This document shows positions 26,593 to 36,849 of a stretch of DNA of 64,000 nt, one piece after another. Each line of letters starts with the position of its first letter. The stretch's first letter is position 1. Position numbers and translations under genes: made by a program. Location of the stretch: positions 23,115 to 87,114 of the forward strand of contig CAMOSO010000027.1 in the NCBI GenBank assembly GCA_946624925.1. Direction: 5' to 3'. The stretch is from an uncultured Bacteroidales bacterium. GTDB lineage: Bacteria > Bacteroidota > Bacteroidia > Bacteroidales > UBA3824. Below the pieces are notes generated by a model that did no database searches, was not told the DNA's origin, and worked only from the letters and a program-made list of their open reading frames with translations.

Positions 26593-27615
26593 ATGAATGA
26601 AAAATACTACTCTCATCTTGATCAATTAAAAGGACTAGCTATTTTGTTGATGGTAATGGGACATGCTTTAGCATGGTCATACCCTGACTATACATTTTTG
26701 AGCAACAAGATTTGTACATTGACAACAGAGCAAGCAAATGCCTCTCTAATTTGGAAAATAATCTATTCGTTTCATATGCCACTTTTATTCTTTGTAAGTG
26801 GATTCTTGTTTTTTAAAGACGGGGATACGGAGCGTTATTTGGCAAAAATAAAAAAAAGAATATATAGGCTATTGATACCATATATTATTACCGGTTGTTT
26901 CGTATTATATATAAAAGGGTATTTTGGCTATTGGTTTTTGATTACACTATTTGTTCTGAATCTAATAGTAATTGTAGAGTTATATTTTCTATCTAAAATT
27001 AAAGACTCTCTATTGACAGACATTATTAGTCGCATAGTTGTGTTTGTGTTGCTCTCCGTCATAGCAAAGTTCACCAAAGATTATTTGCCAAAGCCATTAA
27101 CGCATTTGGCAAACTTGTCATCATATTATGTTGCCTTTATGTTTGGGTATATGGTTCATAAATCAAAGGTCTTAGATAATTTTATTAAGCATCCCTCAGT
27201 GTCAATGGGGTGCTTTGTACTTTATGGTTGTTTGATGGTCATATCAAACTATTTCGATATATACGGAATTGTTCGTTTGGTAATCCCTATTTGTGCAATT
27301 ATATTTCTATACAACTTTCTGAGCAAATATCAAATTAATTGGTTAGGGGAGAAGATTGGCAAAAACTCAATGGAAATATATATTTTTCATCTTTTTTTTA
27401 TAGCATCATTTCGGGAAGTTGGACAATACATATTGCAAATTAATAATTTACCGTTAAGTATAACTATTCAATTAACGTATTCTTTGTTAGTGTCTGCTGT
27501 TGCAATAATACTATCTTTGTCAGTAGCGCGTGTGATAAAAAGTAATAGGAACTTGGCTTTTTTGTTTGGATTTAAATACGATGAAATAAATGACAAATTA
27601 TGTCAAAAAGTTTAA
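26593..27615 (+). CDS. Acyltransferase-3 family membrane O-acyltransferase
   Basis: HLDQLKGLAILLMVMGHAL and roughly 10 hydrophobic segments. Confidence 0.75.
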   Translation: MNEKYYSHLDQLKGLAILLMVMGHALAWSYPDYTFLSNKICTLTTEQANASLIWKIIYSFHMPLLFFVSGFLFFKDGDTERYLAKIKKRIYRLLIPYIITGCFVLYIKGYFGYWFLITLFVLNLIVIVELYFLSKIKDSLLTDIISRIVVFVLLSVIAKFTKDYLPKPLTHLANLSSYYVAFMFGYMVHKSKVLDNFIKHPSVSMGCFVLYGCLMVISNYFDIYGIVRLVIPICAIIFLYNFLSKYQINWLGEKIGKNSMEIYIFHLFFIASFREVGQYILQINNLPLSITIQLTYSLLVSAVAIILSLSVARVIKSNRNLAFLFGFKYDEINDKLCQKV

Positions 27616-27630
27616 AAAATTATTGACAAT

Positions 27631-28704
27631 ATGCAAAGAGATAAGCACATAGGAATAATCACATTTCAAAGAGCGCATAATTATGGTGCAATTTTACAAG
27701 TATTGTCTCTTCAGGAAATATTGAAGAATTATTGCAGGTCTGTATCGGTGATAGACTATTACCCTCAATCACAGCATTATTATCACTACTCGGAATGTTA
27801 TACATATTCGCTAAAGCATCCTTTAAAATCTATTAAAAACCTTCTTTATTTGAGAAGACGTAAAAAAAGATACTATGCTTTTAATTCATTTATTGAATCT
27901 TATCTTAATCTCACCTCGAAATCATTGCAAACAATCAGTCAAGATTATGACACAATTGTTATAGGAAGCGATCAAGTATGGAATCTAAGGAACAGCTCGG
28001 GCAAATATGATTATTTCTACTGGGGACAATTCAAACAAGATAATTTGCCCAATTTAATCTCCTATGCAGCAAGTATGGGCAGTTGTGATAATGTACAATG
28101 GGCAGTTGTTGCAAATTTATTAAAGAATTTTAATGCAATAAGTGTTCGGGAAAAATATTTGAAGGACTACATCAAGTCGAATTGCAATTTTGAAGCAGAA
28201 TGGGTGTTGGATCCTACTTTGCTTCAATCAAAAGCGTTTTTTGAAAAAATAGCAAAAGAACCTTCAATAAAAAATCCATATTTGTTTTATTATCAAGCAA
28301 GAGCCAATAAGAGTGCTTATTTATATGCAAAAAAATGGGCGAAAAAAATGAATTTAAAATTCATATGCCTATCAGCACATATAATGCTATCCAACAGCCA
28401 CCAAGCCATTACTGCTGGTCCTTCTGAATTTCTTGGGTATATAAAAAAAGCAACCTATGTGCTTACATCGTCCTTTCATGGTACAGTATTTTGTTGTCAT
28501 TTTAAAAAAAATTTCTCAACATTGAAGCTGAACGATGGAGATAATGGAAGAAGTGAATCTCTTTTGGAACTTTTAGGGTTAGACTATAAACTTATTTCGC
28601 TAGATTCCGCTCCGAATACAGATATAGTTCAATGGAATGAGGTTGATATAAAACTAAATGAAGCAAGAAATGATTCCGTAACATGGTTGGTAAATCATCT
28701 TTAA
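27631..28704 (+). CDS. Polysaccharide pyruvyl transferase family protein, copy 1
   Basis: IGIITFQRAHNYGAILQVLSLQ and IGSDQVWN motifs. Confidence 0.75.
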   Translation: MQRDKHIGIITFQRAHNYGAILQVLSLQEILKNYCRSVSVIDYYPQSQHYYHYSECYTYSLKHPLKSIKNLLYLRRRKKRYYAFNSFIESYLNLTSKSLQTISQDYDTIVIGSDQVWNLRNSSGKYDYFYWGQFKQDNLPNLISYAASMGSCDNVQWAVVANLLKNFNAISVREKYLKDYIKSNCNFEAEWVLDPTLLQSKAFFEKIAKEPSIKNPYLFYYQARANKSAYLYAKKWAKKMNLKFICLSAHIMLSNSHQAITAGPSEFLGYIKKATYVLTSSFHGTVFCCHFKKNFSTLKLNDGDNGRSESLLELLGLDYKLISLDSAPNTDIVQWNEVDIKLNEARNDSVTWLVNHL

Positions 28705-28708
28705 TAAA

Positions 28709-29860
28709 ATGAAGATACTATTTGATTATATTTCTATTCAAGGAACCGTTAATGGTGGTGCTGAGTATACAAAAGTTATTTTGGCTGAATTAGTAAAACA
28801 AAAAAAAAATCGTAACATTTCAATATTTGCTCTTTTTGATTCTCAAATACCAATATTAGATTATAATAGTTTTTTATACGACAACAATTTTGACGGATAC
28901 TATGATATTACAAAGATAGAATCTATTGCTAAACTTGTCGAAAAAGAGCGTATTGATTCTTTTTTTATAGGGATACTTCAACGTGTAATCAAACACGATC
29001 TATCAAATATTAGATGTCATGTCGTTGCAGTGTTGCACGATATAGCATCTTATGAAATAAAAAAAAGTAATTTACATCTATTAAATCCTAATATTATTTC
29101 AGTTTCAATAAAAGAAGCGATAAAGCATAAGTTGAGTTGTATTTTTTCAAAATTTAAATCAATTGAATATTATTTTGAAAAAAATAGTACATATATTGCA
29201 AGTCAAAATTTTGATGTTGTAACCGTTTCTAATTTTTCAAAATCATCCATACAATACAACCTTCCATTTTTGAGGAATAAAAAAATATATGTTTTGTATT
29301 CGCCATTAAGGAAAGCTGTTATGCCGAAACCAGTACCAAGTATTGCTAGGCTCACTAACATACAAAAAAAATACTTCCTGATGTTAAGTTCTAACAGATG
29401 GTTAAAAAATACGCAAATGGCGATGGATGTTTTGGAAGAATTTTGTAAAATTCATTCTGATTATTATGTAGTTACAACTGGTAATATAGTCCAACAATTT
29501 AATTGCCACGTTTCATTACCATACGTAAGTGATGAAGAACTAGCGTATCTTTTAAAAAACGCAACTGCACTTATATATCCAACTTTATTTGAAGGGTTTG
29601 GGTATCCTCCACTGGAAGCGATGAGATTTGGGACTCCTGTTCTTTGTTCAGGGTTCACTTCTCTCCCCGAAGTCGTTGGAGAGGCTGGTATTATATTTTC
29701 TCCCTTTTTTAGAAGCGATCTGTACGCAAAACTAAATTCTTTCATAATAGAAGATAGGAAAAAGTTGGAACAACAGTCTCTCCATCAGTTTGAATTAGTG
29801 TCTGCAAGGCAAAACAAAGATTTACATACGCTAATTGATTTGATATTACAAAATAGTTAA
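28709..29860 (+). CDS. Glycosyltransferase family 4 (GT-B)
   Basis: The C-terminal motif is YPTLFEGFGYPPLEAMRFGTPVLCSGFTSLPEVVGEAG. The gene contains an A10 run at 28800-28809. Confidence 0.75.
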   Translation: MKILFDYISIQGTVNGGAEYTKVILAELVKQKKNRNISIFALFDSQIPILDYNSFLYDNNFDGYYDITKIESIAKLVEKERIDSFFIGILQRVIKHDLSNIRCHVVAVLHDIASYEIKKSNLHLLNPNIISVSIKEAIKHKLSCIFSKFKSIEYYFEKNSTYIASQNFDVVTVSNFSKSSIQYNLPFLRNKKIYVLYSPLRKAVMPKPVPSIARLTNIQKKYFLMLSSNRWLKNTQMAMDVLEEFCKIHSDYYVVTTGNIVQQFNCHVSLPYVSDEELAYLLKNATALIYPTLFEGFGYPPLEAMRFGTPVLCSGFTSLPEVVGEAGIIFSPFFRSDLYAKLNSFIIEDRKKLEQQSLHQFELVSARQNKDLHTLIDLILQNS

Positions 29861-29872
29861 TTGCATCACAAT

Positions 29873-31138
29873 ATGAGTTCTGAGACTGTTTTATTAATAA
29901 ATGCAATTGCTTATACGTTAATAGCTATTTTTTTCTTCAAAAAAAACAAACTAAGTCTAGGTTTGTTTTTTTGGGGATTTTTCTGCGTTTCCTCGTGGAT
30001 GAGTTATTTGTTTATACAACAACCTATGTATTCAATATCAATGCATGCAGGTAAACAAACATTCTTACCATGCATATATTTGTTATTGATGCTCTATATA
30101 TGTATTTATCCATTAGTAAAGATTAAAAAAATTGAAAATATTATATATCCCAATAGAAATGCGCTGAAAATCATTATTGGAGTATGTATTCTATGTCAAT
30201 TACTTTTTTTTATTCTTGATATTCCTACTATTATCAAAATTTTAACTTCTTCGACTGAATTGGAAGAATATCGTAATTTAGCATATGGGAAAAATGGTGA
30301 CGATGTAAATTCGCTTGTTGTAAAAAATTCCATCATAAATAGGATACATTTATTGTACGCCGGTATGAGACCCTTGGCAATCGGGCTTAGTGTCGTATTA
30401 CTATTTGTAAACACCAACATTAAAAACAAAAAATTGAACAATATTTTTGCTATAACAACTTTCTTGGAAAGCGTGAGGTATATTATAGTACAAGTAGGTA
30501 GAGGACAAATGGTTATTACATTCTGTGTTTACGCGATAACTCTATTCTTGATAAGAGATTATTTGAGTTCAAAGATAAAAAAAGCTATTATCTTTTATGG
30601 ATTACCAGTCTTAGGATTAGGTGTTATATTTTTTGTACTCATAACATTATCAAGGTTTGGTGACAATGCTGAGTTTTTTATGTACAAGTATATGGGAGAG
30701 CCAATGAATAATTTTAACGGTATTCTATGGGACAAGCTAAAAGACAATACGATGGGACAGTCGTATTTTTCTATTATATTTAGGTTTGTGTTAGGAGGTG
30801 AGAGATTTATTAATGTTGAAGAAAGGTATGAGTATATGGAACAAGTTACAGGAATTCCTCCTTTTATCTTTTACACATACATTGGAGGATTAATAATCGA
30901 GTTTGGCAAATATATACCAATTATTATTGTACTTATAATAAACAGACTGTCTTCAAAAATCAAAACAAAAGGTAAAATAAACTTGTTCACCGTTATACTA
31001 TATATTTTTTTATCATATTTTTATACGTATGGTGTTTTTACATTTCCAATACCATCTTTTGATATGTTTATTTTATTATATGTATTTATATTCTATTTAT
31101 TATTTGGAAGAGAAACGAAAAAAATTGTTGCTGGTTAA
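29873..31138 (+). CDS. wzy: O-unit polymerase-like (Wzy/EpsG-type) polytopic membrane protein
   Basis: About 12 hydrophobic segments and no soluble-domain motifs. The call is also supported by its position inside the CPS locus. ATG at 29873 (the track start is a TTG). Confidence 0.55.
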   Translation: MSSETVLLINAIAYTLIAIFFFKKNKLSLGLFFWGFFCVSSWMSYLFIQQPMYSISMHAGKQTFLPCIYLLLMLYICIYPLVKIKKIENIIYPNRNALKIIIGVCILCQLLFFILDIPTIIKILTSSTELEEYRNLAYGKNGDDVNSLVVKNSIINRIHLLYAGMRPLAIGLSVVLLFVNTNIKNKKLNNIFAITTFLESVRYIIVQVGRGQMVITFCVYAITLFLIRDYLSSKIKKAIIFYGLPVLGLGVIFFVLITLSRFGDNAEFFMYKYMGEPMNNFNGILWDKLKDNTMGQSYFSIIFRFVLGGERFINVEERYEYMEQVTGIPPFIFYTYIGGLIIEFGKYIPIIIVLIINRLSSKIKTKGKINLFTVILYIFLSYFYTYGVFTFPIPSFDMFILLYVFIFYLLFGRETKKIVAG

Positions 31139-31147
31139 TTGTACGTT

Positions 31148-32101
31148 ATGATAGATGTTAGTATAATAATTGTTTGTATGAACAACATGGATAATCTTTA
31201 TCCTTGTTTGAATAGTATTAAAAAATTTACATTTGGAATAAAGTACGAAACACTTGTTGTCGCCTATTTATTTTCTAAAGAAAATCTAGATAAAGCTAAA
31301 CGCGATCATCAATGGGTAACGTTTATAGAAAGTAATGAAATAAGAGGATTCTCTGAGAATAATAATCTTGCGCTTAGATTATCAAAGGGGAAATATTGTT
31401 TTGTATTGAATGACGATACATATTTTGATGAAAATACGATAGGAACTCTTGTTAAGTCATTTCCATCCGATGATAGGTGCGCTATTGTAAGTCCAATTAC
31501 ACTCAACAAAAACGGTAGTGTACAAAGGTGTGGAAAACCTAAATATAATATTGGCACATATATTCTTGGGTTAGTTGGCTTGCTGAAAAAATATGAAACA
31601 AACTCTCAGTATACAAACAAAATAGGCATTTTTAAAACGTACAACATTTCAGGTGCCGCCTTTTTAATTAGAAGAGATATTTTTGAAAAATTTGGTTGGT
31701 TTGATGAAAAGTACTTCTTTTGTCCTGAAGACATAGCGCTATCAACATTATTAAACAAAAATGGTTACGAATGTTATGTCAATTCGAATACAAAACTCAC
31801 GCATGCCTGTGGTGGCACTTGGTCAAAAACAATATTAGCAACAAAACCTGCAACAGTAAAAGGATTGCTATACTTTTATCGGGACGAATCATTTTTTGCG
31901 GCGTTGATATATAGTTTTTTAGCAACTTTTGAATATTTTTTCAAAATGTTGTATTGGTTGATAAAGAACTCTATTAAGACTGATGAACATCGAAAAGTTA
32001 TGCTCAAAGCCAATTGGCATGGTTTTATGGCATTATTCTCGTTCGAAACGCCTAAACAATTATTTACTCGTTACTATTTACAAATGAAGAATGAAAAATA
32101 A
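31148..32101 (+). CDS. Glycosyltransferase family 2
   Basis: VSIIIVCMNN...NNNLALRLSKGKYCFVLNDDT (DxD) ...AAFLIRRDIF. ATG at 31148. Confidence 0.8.
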   Translation: MIDVSIIIVCMNNMDNLYPCLNSIKKFTFGIKYETLVVAYLFSKENLDKAKRDHQWVTFIESNEIRGFSENNNLALRLSKGKYCFVLNDDTYFDENTIGTLVKSFPSDDRCAIVSPITLNKNGSVQRCGKPKYNIGTYILGLVGLLKKYETNSQYTNKIGIFKTYNISGAAFLIRRDIFEKFGWFDEKYFFCPEDIALSTLLNKNGYECYVNSNTKLTHACGGTWSKTILATKPATVKGLLYFYRDESFFAALIYSFLATFEYFFKMLYWLIKNSIKTDEHRKVMLKANWHGFMALFSFETPKQLFTRYYLQMKNEK

Positions 32102-33347
32102 CATTCTATATACCATCAATAACACCCTCTGCACTGGCTGTGGCGTTTGCGAGGACGTTTGCAACAAACAATGCATCCTTATTCAAGAACAGAATGGCTT
32201 GTTTCGTCCGGTAATAAGGGAGAATGCTTGTAGTAATTGTGGTCGATGCCTTAAAGTGTGTCCAGGAACAGGTATTAATTTCAATGAATTTGTTGACACA
32301 GAGTATCAAAATTATGACAAATATATTGGCAATTACATTAATTTATATACAGGATATGCACTTAATCACGACATCAGGTTTCGCTCTGCATCAGGTGGTA
32401 TGGCAAGTCAATTATTAATTTATTTGTTAGAAAAAAAGATTGTGGACGGGGCTGTGGTTACAGGCTTCGCCGATGACCATATCACACCAATTTCATACAT
32501 AGCACGAAACAAGGAGGACGTATTTGCGGCGCGAAGTTCCAAATATTGTCCTGTTTCGCTCAACAAGGTTGGCAATGATATTGCCGCATCTAATGGCAAG
32601 TACGTTATTGTTGGATTGCCTTGTCATATACAAGGATTCCGCAAACGTATGAAAATTGACAAGAAACTTTCAGAACGTATTATAGGATTATTCGCAATAT
32701 ATTGTTCAAGCGAAAGAACGTTTGGGGCACGAGATTTTTTATTGCAACACTATAAAATTGAAAAAAAGAATATTGATTATTTTGCTTTTCGCGATAACGG
32801 TTGTTTGGGCAATTTAACCATAATGGAACGTCCGATGGATGGCGAACGTCGGGAGATGCAAATACCATACGAACACTACTATGGAAAAATTTTGCGAAGT
32901 TTTTTCAAGCCTCATAGATGCCTGACGTGTATTGACCATTATGGAGCTCTTGCGGATGTCTGCTTTGGCGACATTCATATTCCGCCGTATAGCGATGATA
33001 AGGTTGGTATTTCATCAGTAATTGTCAGGTCTAATTTTTGGCAAAAAATACTGCAGGATGCCGTTGCAGATGGGTATTGCAAAATCGAAAAACTTGATGC
33101 AGAAACATTAAATAAATCGCAAGCGGCTATGCTGTATCCCAAAAAATCACGAGCGAAAGCGGCGATGCACATTAACACTCTATTGCACCGCAAAAATCCT
33201 ATTTATGATTCAGACCTCAAGACGATACGGTGTGGCATAAATGATTATATGCATATTTTATCGTCTATGGCTCAAATGTTTATAGGTAGACATACCAAAC
33301 TGTGGTTTATAATCGAATTTCTTTCCCATTTCAAAAAAAATGAGTAA
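32091..33347 (+). CDS. FrhB/FdhB-like 4Fe-4S protein, copy 2
   Basis: CTGCGVCEDVC...CSNCGRCLKVCPG clusters. It overlaps both neighbours (11 nt and 8 nt). Confidence 0.75.
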   Translation: MKNNILYTINNTLCTGCGVCEDVCNKQCILIQEQNGLFRPVIRENACSNCGRCLKVCPGTGINFNEFVDTEYQNYDKYIGNYINLYTGYALNHDIRFRSASGGMASQLLIYLLEKKIVDGAVVTGFADDHITPISYIARNKEDVFAARSSKYCPVSLNKVGNDIAASNGKYVIVGLPCHIQGFRKRMKIDKKLSERIIGLFAIYCSSERTFGARDFLLQHYKIEKKNIDYFAFRDNGCLGNLTIMERPMDGERREMQIPYEHYYGKILRSFFKPHRCLTCIDHYGALADVCFGDIHIPPYSDDKVGISSVIVRSNFWQKILQDAVADGYCKIEKLDAETLNKSQAAMLYPKKSRAKAAMHINTLLHRKNPIYDSDLKTIRCGINDYMHILSSMAQMFIGRHTKLWFIIEFLSHFKKNE

Positions 33348-34503
33348 AAAAATTGGTTGCGTGTTAGCATATGGCTACAATTTTGGCACAATGTTGCAGT
33401 CGTATGCAACAATCAGCGCCATACATAAGTTGGGACACGAGTGCGAAATCATTCGTTACAACAAGCATGACGGTCTTCTGAAAAAAGCTGCTATGGTGTT
33501 TCGCGCTATAAGGATTGGCGACATTTCCGACCAAGTTCGCAAATACAAACAGAACATCAATATGCTTCTTCATTCGGATTATAAACGCAATATGGCTTTG
33601 CAGATCGCTGCATTCGAGAGGTTTGGAACTAAATATCTAAGACCTTTATTCCGCGAATATGACGGTTACGATGCATTGAAAGGGGGGGGAAATAATTACA
33701 ATTTAGTGCTTGTTGGCAGCGACCAATTGTGGACTCCTATGTCATTGTATGGCAATTATTACAACCTTGTGTTTGTAAGTGACAATATCCCCAAAGTTGC
33801 ATATGCGGCAAGTTTTGGAGTTTCTGAGATTCCGTCATTTCAACGAGATGCGACAAAAACATATCTCGACCGTTTCGCCAATATAGGTGTACGCGAAATT
33901 CAAGGAAAAAAAATAGTTGATTCACTATCTGTCAACAAGGCAGTCCATGTATCGGATCCGTCAATGTTGCTTAATGCAGAAGAGTGGAATGATATAGCAT
34001 CGGCAAATATTGAAGAGCTAAGCGGATTTCATGAGCCATACATCTTTTGCCTATTGCTTGGACCAAATACAGAGGCAAGGGAAGCCGCACATAAGTTACG
34101 TGAGAAAACAGGAATGAAAATAGTTGCAGTAGTCAACCTTGACGAATATGTTCCTGGAGACGAAGAATTTTGCGACATTTCACTTCACAATATTGCACCT
34201 GACGATTTTCTTAGGTTGGTTGCAAATGCTTCGTATGTCTGCACAGACTCGTTTCATTGCAGCATATTTTCAATTCTGTTCCACAGACAATTTATGGTAT
34301 TTTATCGCTATGCAGTCACCAAAAAAGGGGGGCGGAATTCGCGCATAGACAGCCTTTTATCCAAATTCGGACTTGAAAAGCGTTTGTTTTTGGGAGACAT
34401 AATGTCAATTGATGCTCCAATTAATTATGATGAAGTGGATAGACGTGTTACTGAGTTTCGTGAAATATCATTTAAATTCCTATCCGAATCGTTGTCATTA
34501 TAA
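33340..34503 (+). CDS. Polysaccharide pyruvyl transferase family protein, copy 2
   Basis: IGCVLAYGYNFGTMLQSYA and VGSDQLWTP motifs. Confidence 0.75.
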   Translation: MSKKIGCVLAYGYNFGTMLQSYATISAIHKLGHECEIIRYNKHDGLLKKAAMVFRAIRIGDISDQVRKYKQNINMLLHSDYKRNMALQIAAFERFGTKYLRPLFREYDGYDALKGGGNNYNLVLVGSDQLWTPMSLYGNYYNLVFVSDNIPKVAYAASFGVSEIPSFQRDATKTYLDRFANIGVREIQGKKIVDSLSVNKAVHVSDPSMLLNAEEWNDIASANIEELSGFHEPYIFCLLLGPNTEAREAAHKLREKTGMKIVAVVNLDEYVPGDEEFCDISLHNIAPDDFLRLVANASYVCTDSFHCSIFSILFHRQFMVFYRYAVTKKGGRNSRIDSLLSKFGLEKRLFLGDIMSIDAPINYDEVDRRVTEFREISFKFLSESLSL

Positions 34504-34518
34504 AACATCTACCTCATT

Positions 34519-35682
34519 ATGCACATCCTCCTCTCAAATAAATTCTACTATCCTCGTGGCGGTGATTGCATCTATACAATGTCGTTGGAAAAGATGCTAA
34601 AATCGCATGGTCACAATGTTGCGATTTTTACAATGCAATATCCCGACAACGAAACGTCGGAATGGAGCAAATATTGGCCGTCTGAAATGACGAAAGCCAA
34701 AGCATTGACGCGTCCTTTTGGCGATAGTGAAACAAAGGAAAAATTTGCCGCACTTCTTGACAACTTTCATCCGGACGTAGTTCATCTCAACAACATACAC
34801 ACACAGCTATCTCCCGTTGTTGCCGAAATTGCCCACAAATGTGGCATCCGTGTTGTGTGGACTTTGCACGACAGCAAATTGGCATGCCCTTGCTATACCT
34901 GTATGCGAAATGGTAAATGGTGCGAGGAATGTTTTAGCGACAAGTTAGCTGTTGTCAAACATCGCTGTATGCCTGGCGGAATCATTGGAAGTTTGATTGG
35001 TTGGCGTGAATTGCGGATGTGGAACACTCAGCGTATTTCCAAAAATGTGGATAAGTTTATCGCTCCATCACAATTTATGAAGGATACCGTGGTTAGGAGC
35101 GGTTACAATCCTGATAAATTTAACGTTCTTTGTAATTCCATTGATCTTTCCAAAGTACAAAATCCATCGCTGGAGAAATCAGAACACTACATTTTTGTTG
35201 GCAGGCTCAGCGAAGTCAAAGGAATTAAGACTCTTTGCAAAGCAGCGGCTAAGTTGCCGTACAAACTTATTGTAGTTGGTGGTGGAGAACTTCTTGACGA
35301 ACTCAAACAAGAATATTCCAACTGCAACAATATTGAGTTTGTTGGTCAAAAACAATGGCCACAATTCCGACCATTGCTTGAAAGCGCGCGGTTTATGGTA
35401 ATATCATCGGAATGGTCAGAAAACAACCCGCTTACCATCATCGAATCTCAAAGTCTTGGCACTCCCGTCCTTGGTGCGCGTATCGGCGGCATTCCCGAAC
35501 TAATTGACGAAGGTATCAATGGAATGACATTCACATCTGGCGATGTTATCGACCTCACAGACAAGATACGCTTGATGATGTCGACAACGTTCAACTATAA
35601 ATCAATTGCCGATGCTGCGCAACAAAAGTATTCTGCCGAGACATATTATGAAAAACTGATAGAGGTTTACAAAGGTGATTGA
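34519..35682 (+). CDS. Glycosyltransferase family 4
   Basis: MHILLSNKFYYPRGGDCIY...VISSEWSENNPLTIIESQSLGTPVLGARIGGIPELI. Confidence 0.8.
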   Translation: MHILLSNKFYYPRGGDCIYTMSLEKMLKSHGHNVAIFTMQYPDNETSEWSKYWPSEMTKAKALTRPFGDSETKEKFAALLDNFHPDVVHLNNIHTQLSPVVAEIAHKCGIRVVWTLHDSKLACPCYTCMRNGKWCEECFSDKLAVVKHRCMPGGIIGSLIGWRELRMWNTQRISKNVDKFIAPSQFMKDTVVRSGYNPDKFNVLCNSIDLSKVQNPSLEKSEHYIFVGRLSEVKGIKTLCKAAAKLPYKLIVVGGGELLDELKQEYSNCNNIEFVGQKQWPQFRPLLESARFMVISSEWSENNPLTIIESQSLGTPVLGARIGGIPELIDEGINGMTFTSGDVIDLTDKIRLMMSTTFNYKSIADAAQQKYSAETYYEKLIEVYKGD

Positions 35683-35716
35683 TTGTTCTTTGTTTCTAAC
35701 TTATTGTAAATCATTG

Positions 35717-36751
35717 ATGTTTCAAACTTATCTTCTTACCTTACTATCACCTCTGTTAGGCGGCGGCAATGCTCTTGTTCACAGCAAACCGCAAGACAAC
35801 CAATTTTTCACCAAAGACTACACAACCGTATTGAAAGGACTCTGTTGTCTGATTGTTATTTATGTGCATGTGAAACCACCGTTTGACAATGCGTTGCAAG
35901 ATGCCATTGGAAGTTTCGGTTATGTGTGTGTAACGATTTTTTTCCTCATATCGGCATACGGTATGATGCTAAGCGCAGAGAGAAAGGAAGACTATCTTCA
36001 TAATTTTTGGCGCAACAGATTGGTGTCTCTTTTGATACCCGCGTTTTTAATCAATGTTGTAAGTTTTTGTCTTGACATTGTCAACAAAAATACATATACA
36101 TTCTCAGCGCTATATCATTTGAATGGTTATGTTGCTGTATTGTTACAATGGTGCTTATGGTTCTACATTGTAATGCTGTGTAAAAAGAAATGGTTTCCTG
36201 AAAATAACAGATTGACAGACATAATTCTGATTGCAGGTGTAATTGTTTCATCTTTGATACTCTATTTCTGGGTCTATTCAGGAAATAGTGCTGGTGCTGG
36301 ATGGTGTTTTGAACGCATTGGATTGATATGGGGAGTATTGCTTTATAGGTATTTCGACCAATTTGTTTTGTGGATGTCAAAATCACGCCTTGCAAAAATT
36401 GCAATCTTAACTATTGTTGGAGGCATGTTGGGAATTGGATATTTGAAGTTTAAACTCGTATATTTCTTTGGTGCATATCTACTGAAAATTATTTTAGGAG
36501 TTGCGATAATACTTCTTTTATTCACAGCAACTTCCAACAGAAAATTTGGCGATAAGATAAGCCTTTGGCTTGGAAACATATCGTATGAAGTATATCTTAG
36601 TCATGGAATCGTGATGGCAACATTGGCAACATGGCTTTTTGAAAACGTCAATAGCGGCGTATTTATACTTCTTACAGTGTTGGTTACTTTGACATTATCA
36701 ACCATTGTACACTCTATTGCCAAACCGATTGTAAAACTTTTGAGAAAATAA
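35717..36751 (+). CDS. Acyltransferase-3 family membrane protein (second copy in the locus)
   Basis: Polytopic, with VLKGLCCLIVIYVHV and ISYEVYLSHGIV motifs. The start is uncertain: a GTG at 35675 overlaps the previous gene, and an ATG lies at 35717. Confidence 0.7.
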   Translation: MFQTYLLTLLSPLLGGGNALVHSKPQDNQFFTKDYTTVLKGLCCLIVIYVHVKPPFDNALQDAIGSFGYVCVTIFFLISAYGMMLSAERKEDYLHNFWRNRLVSLLIPAFLINVVSFCLDIVNKNTYTFSALYHLNGYVAVLLQWCLWFYIVMLCKKKWFPENNRLTDIILIAGVIVSSLILYFWVYSGNSAGAGWCFERIGLIWGVLLYRYFDQFVLWMSKSRLAKIAILTIVGGMLGIGYLKFKLVYFFGAYLLKIILGVAIILLLFTATSNRKFGDKISLWLGNISYEVYLSHGIVMATLATWLFENVNSGVFILLTVLVTLTLSTIVHSIAKPIVKLLRK

Positions 36752-36766
36752 CAAATATAACATACT

Positions 36767-36826
36767 ATGTCAACCCAAAAACTCAACGGCATAGTTATAG
36801 TAACTTACCGTTGCAATGCACAGTAA
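36767..36826 (+). pseudogene. 19-codon relic of the 5' end of a radical-SAM gene (homologue of 38584..39795)
   Basis: It encodes MSTQKLNGIVIVTYRCNAQ*, compared with MSTPKLNGTVIVTYRCNARCSMC at 38584. About 47 of 57 nt are identical, and similarity stops at about 36823. Confidence 0.7.
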
Positions 36827-36838
36827 GTTACTATAACT
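36793..36838. repeat. Perfect 15-bp inverted repeat at the truncation point of the relic
   Basis: AGTTATAGTAACTTA (36793-36807) is the exact reverse complement of TAAGTTACTATAACT (36824-36838), with a 16-nt loop. The right arm begins exactly where homology to the intact gene ends. Confidence 0.85.
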
Positions 36839-36849
36839 CATCCACTGCA

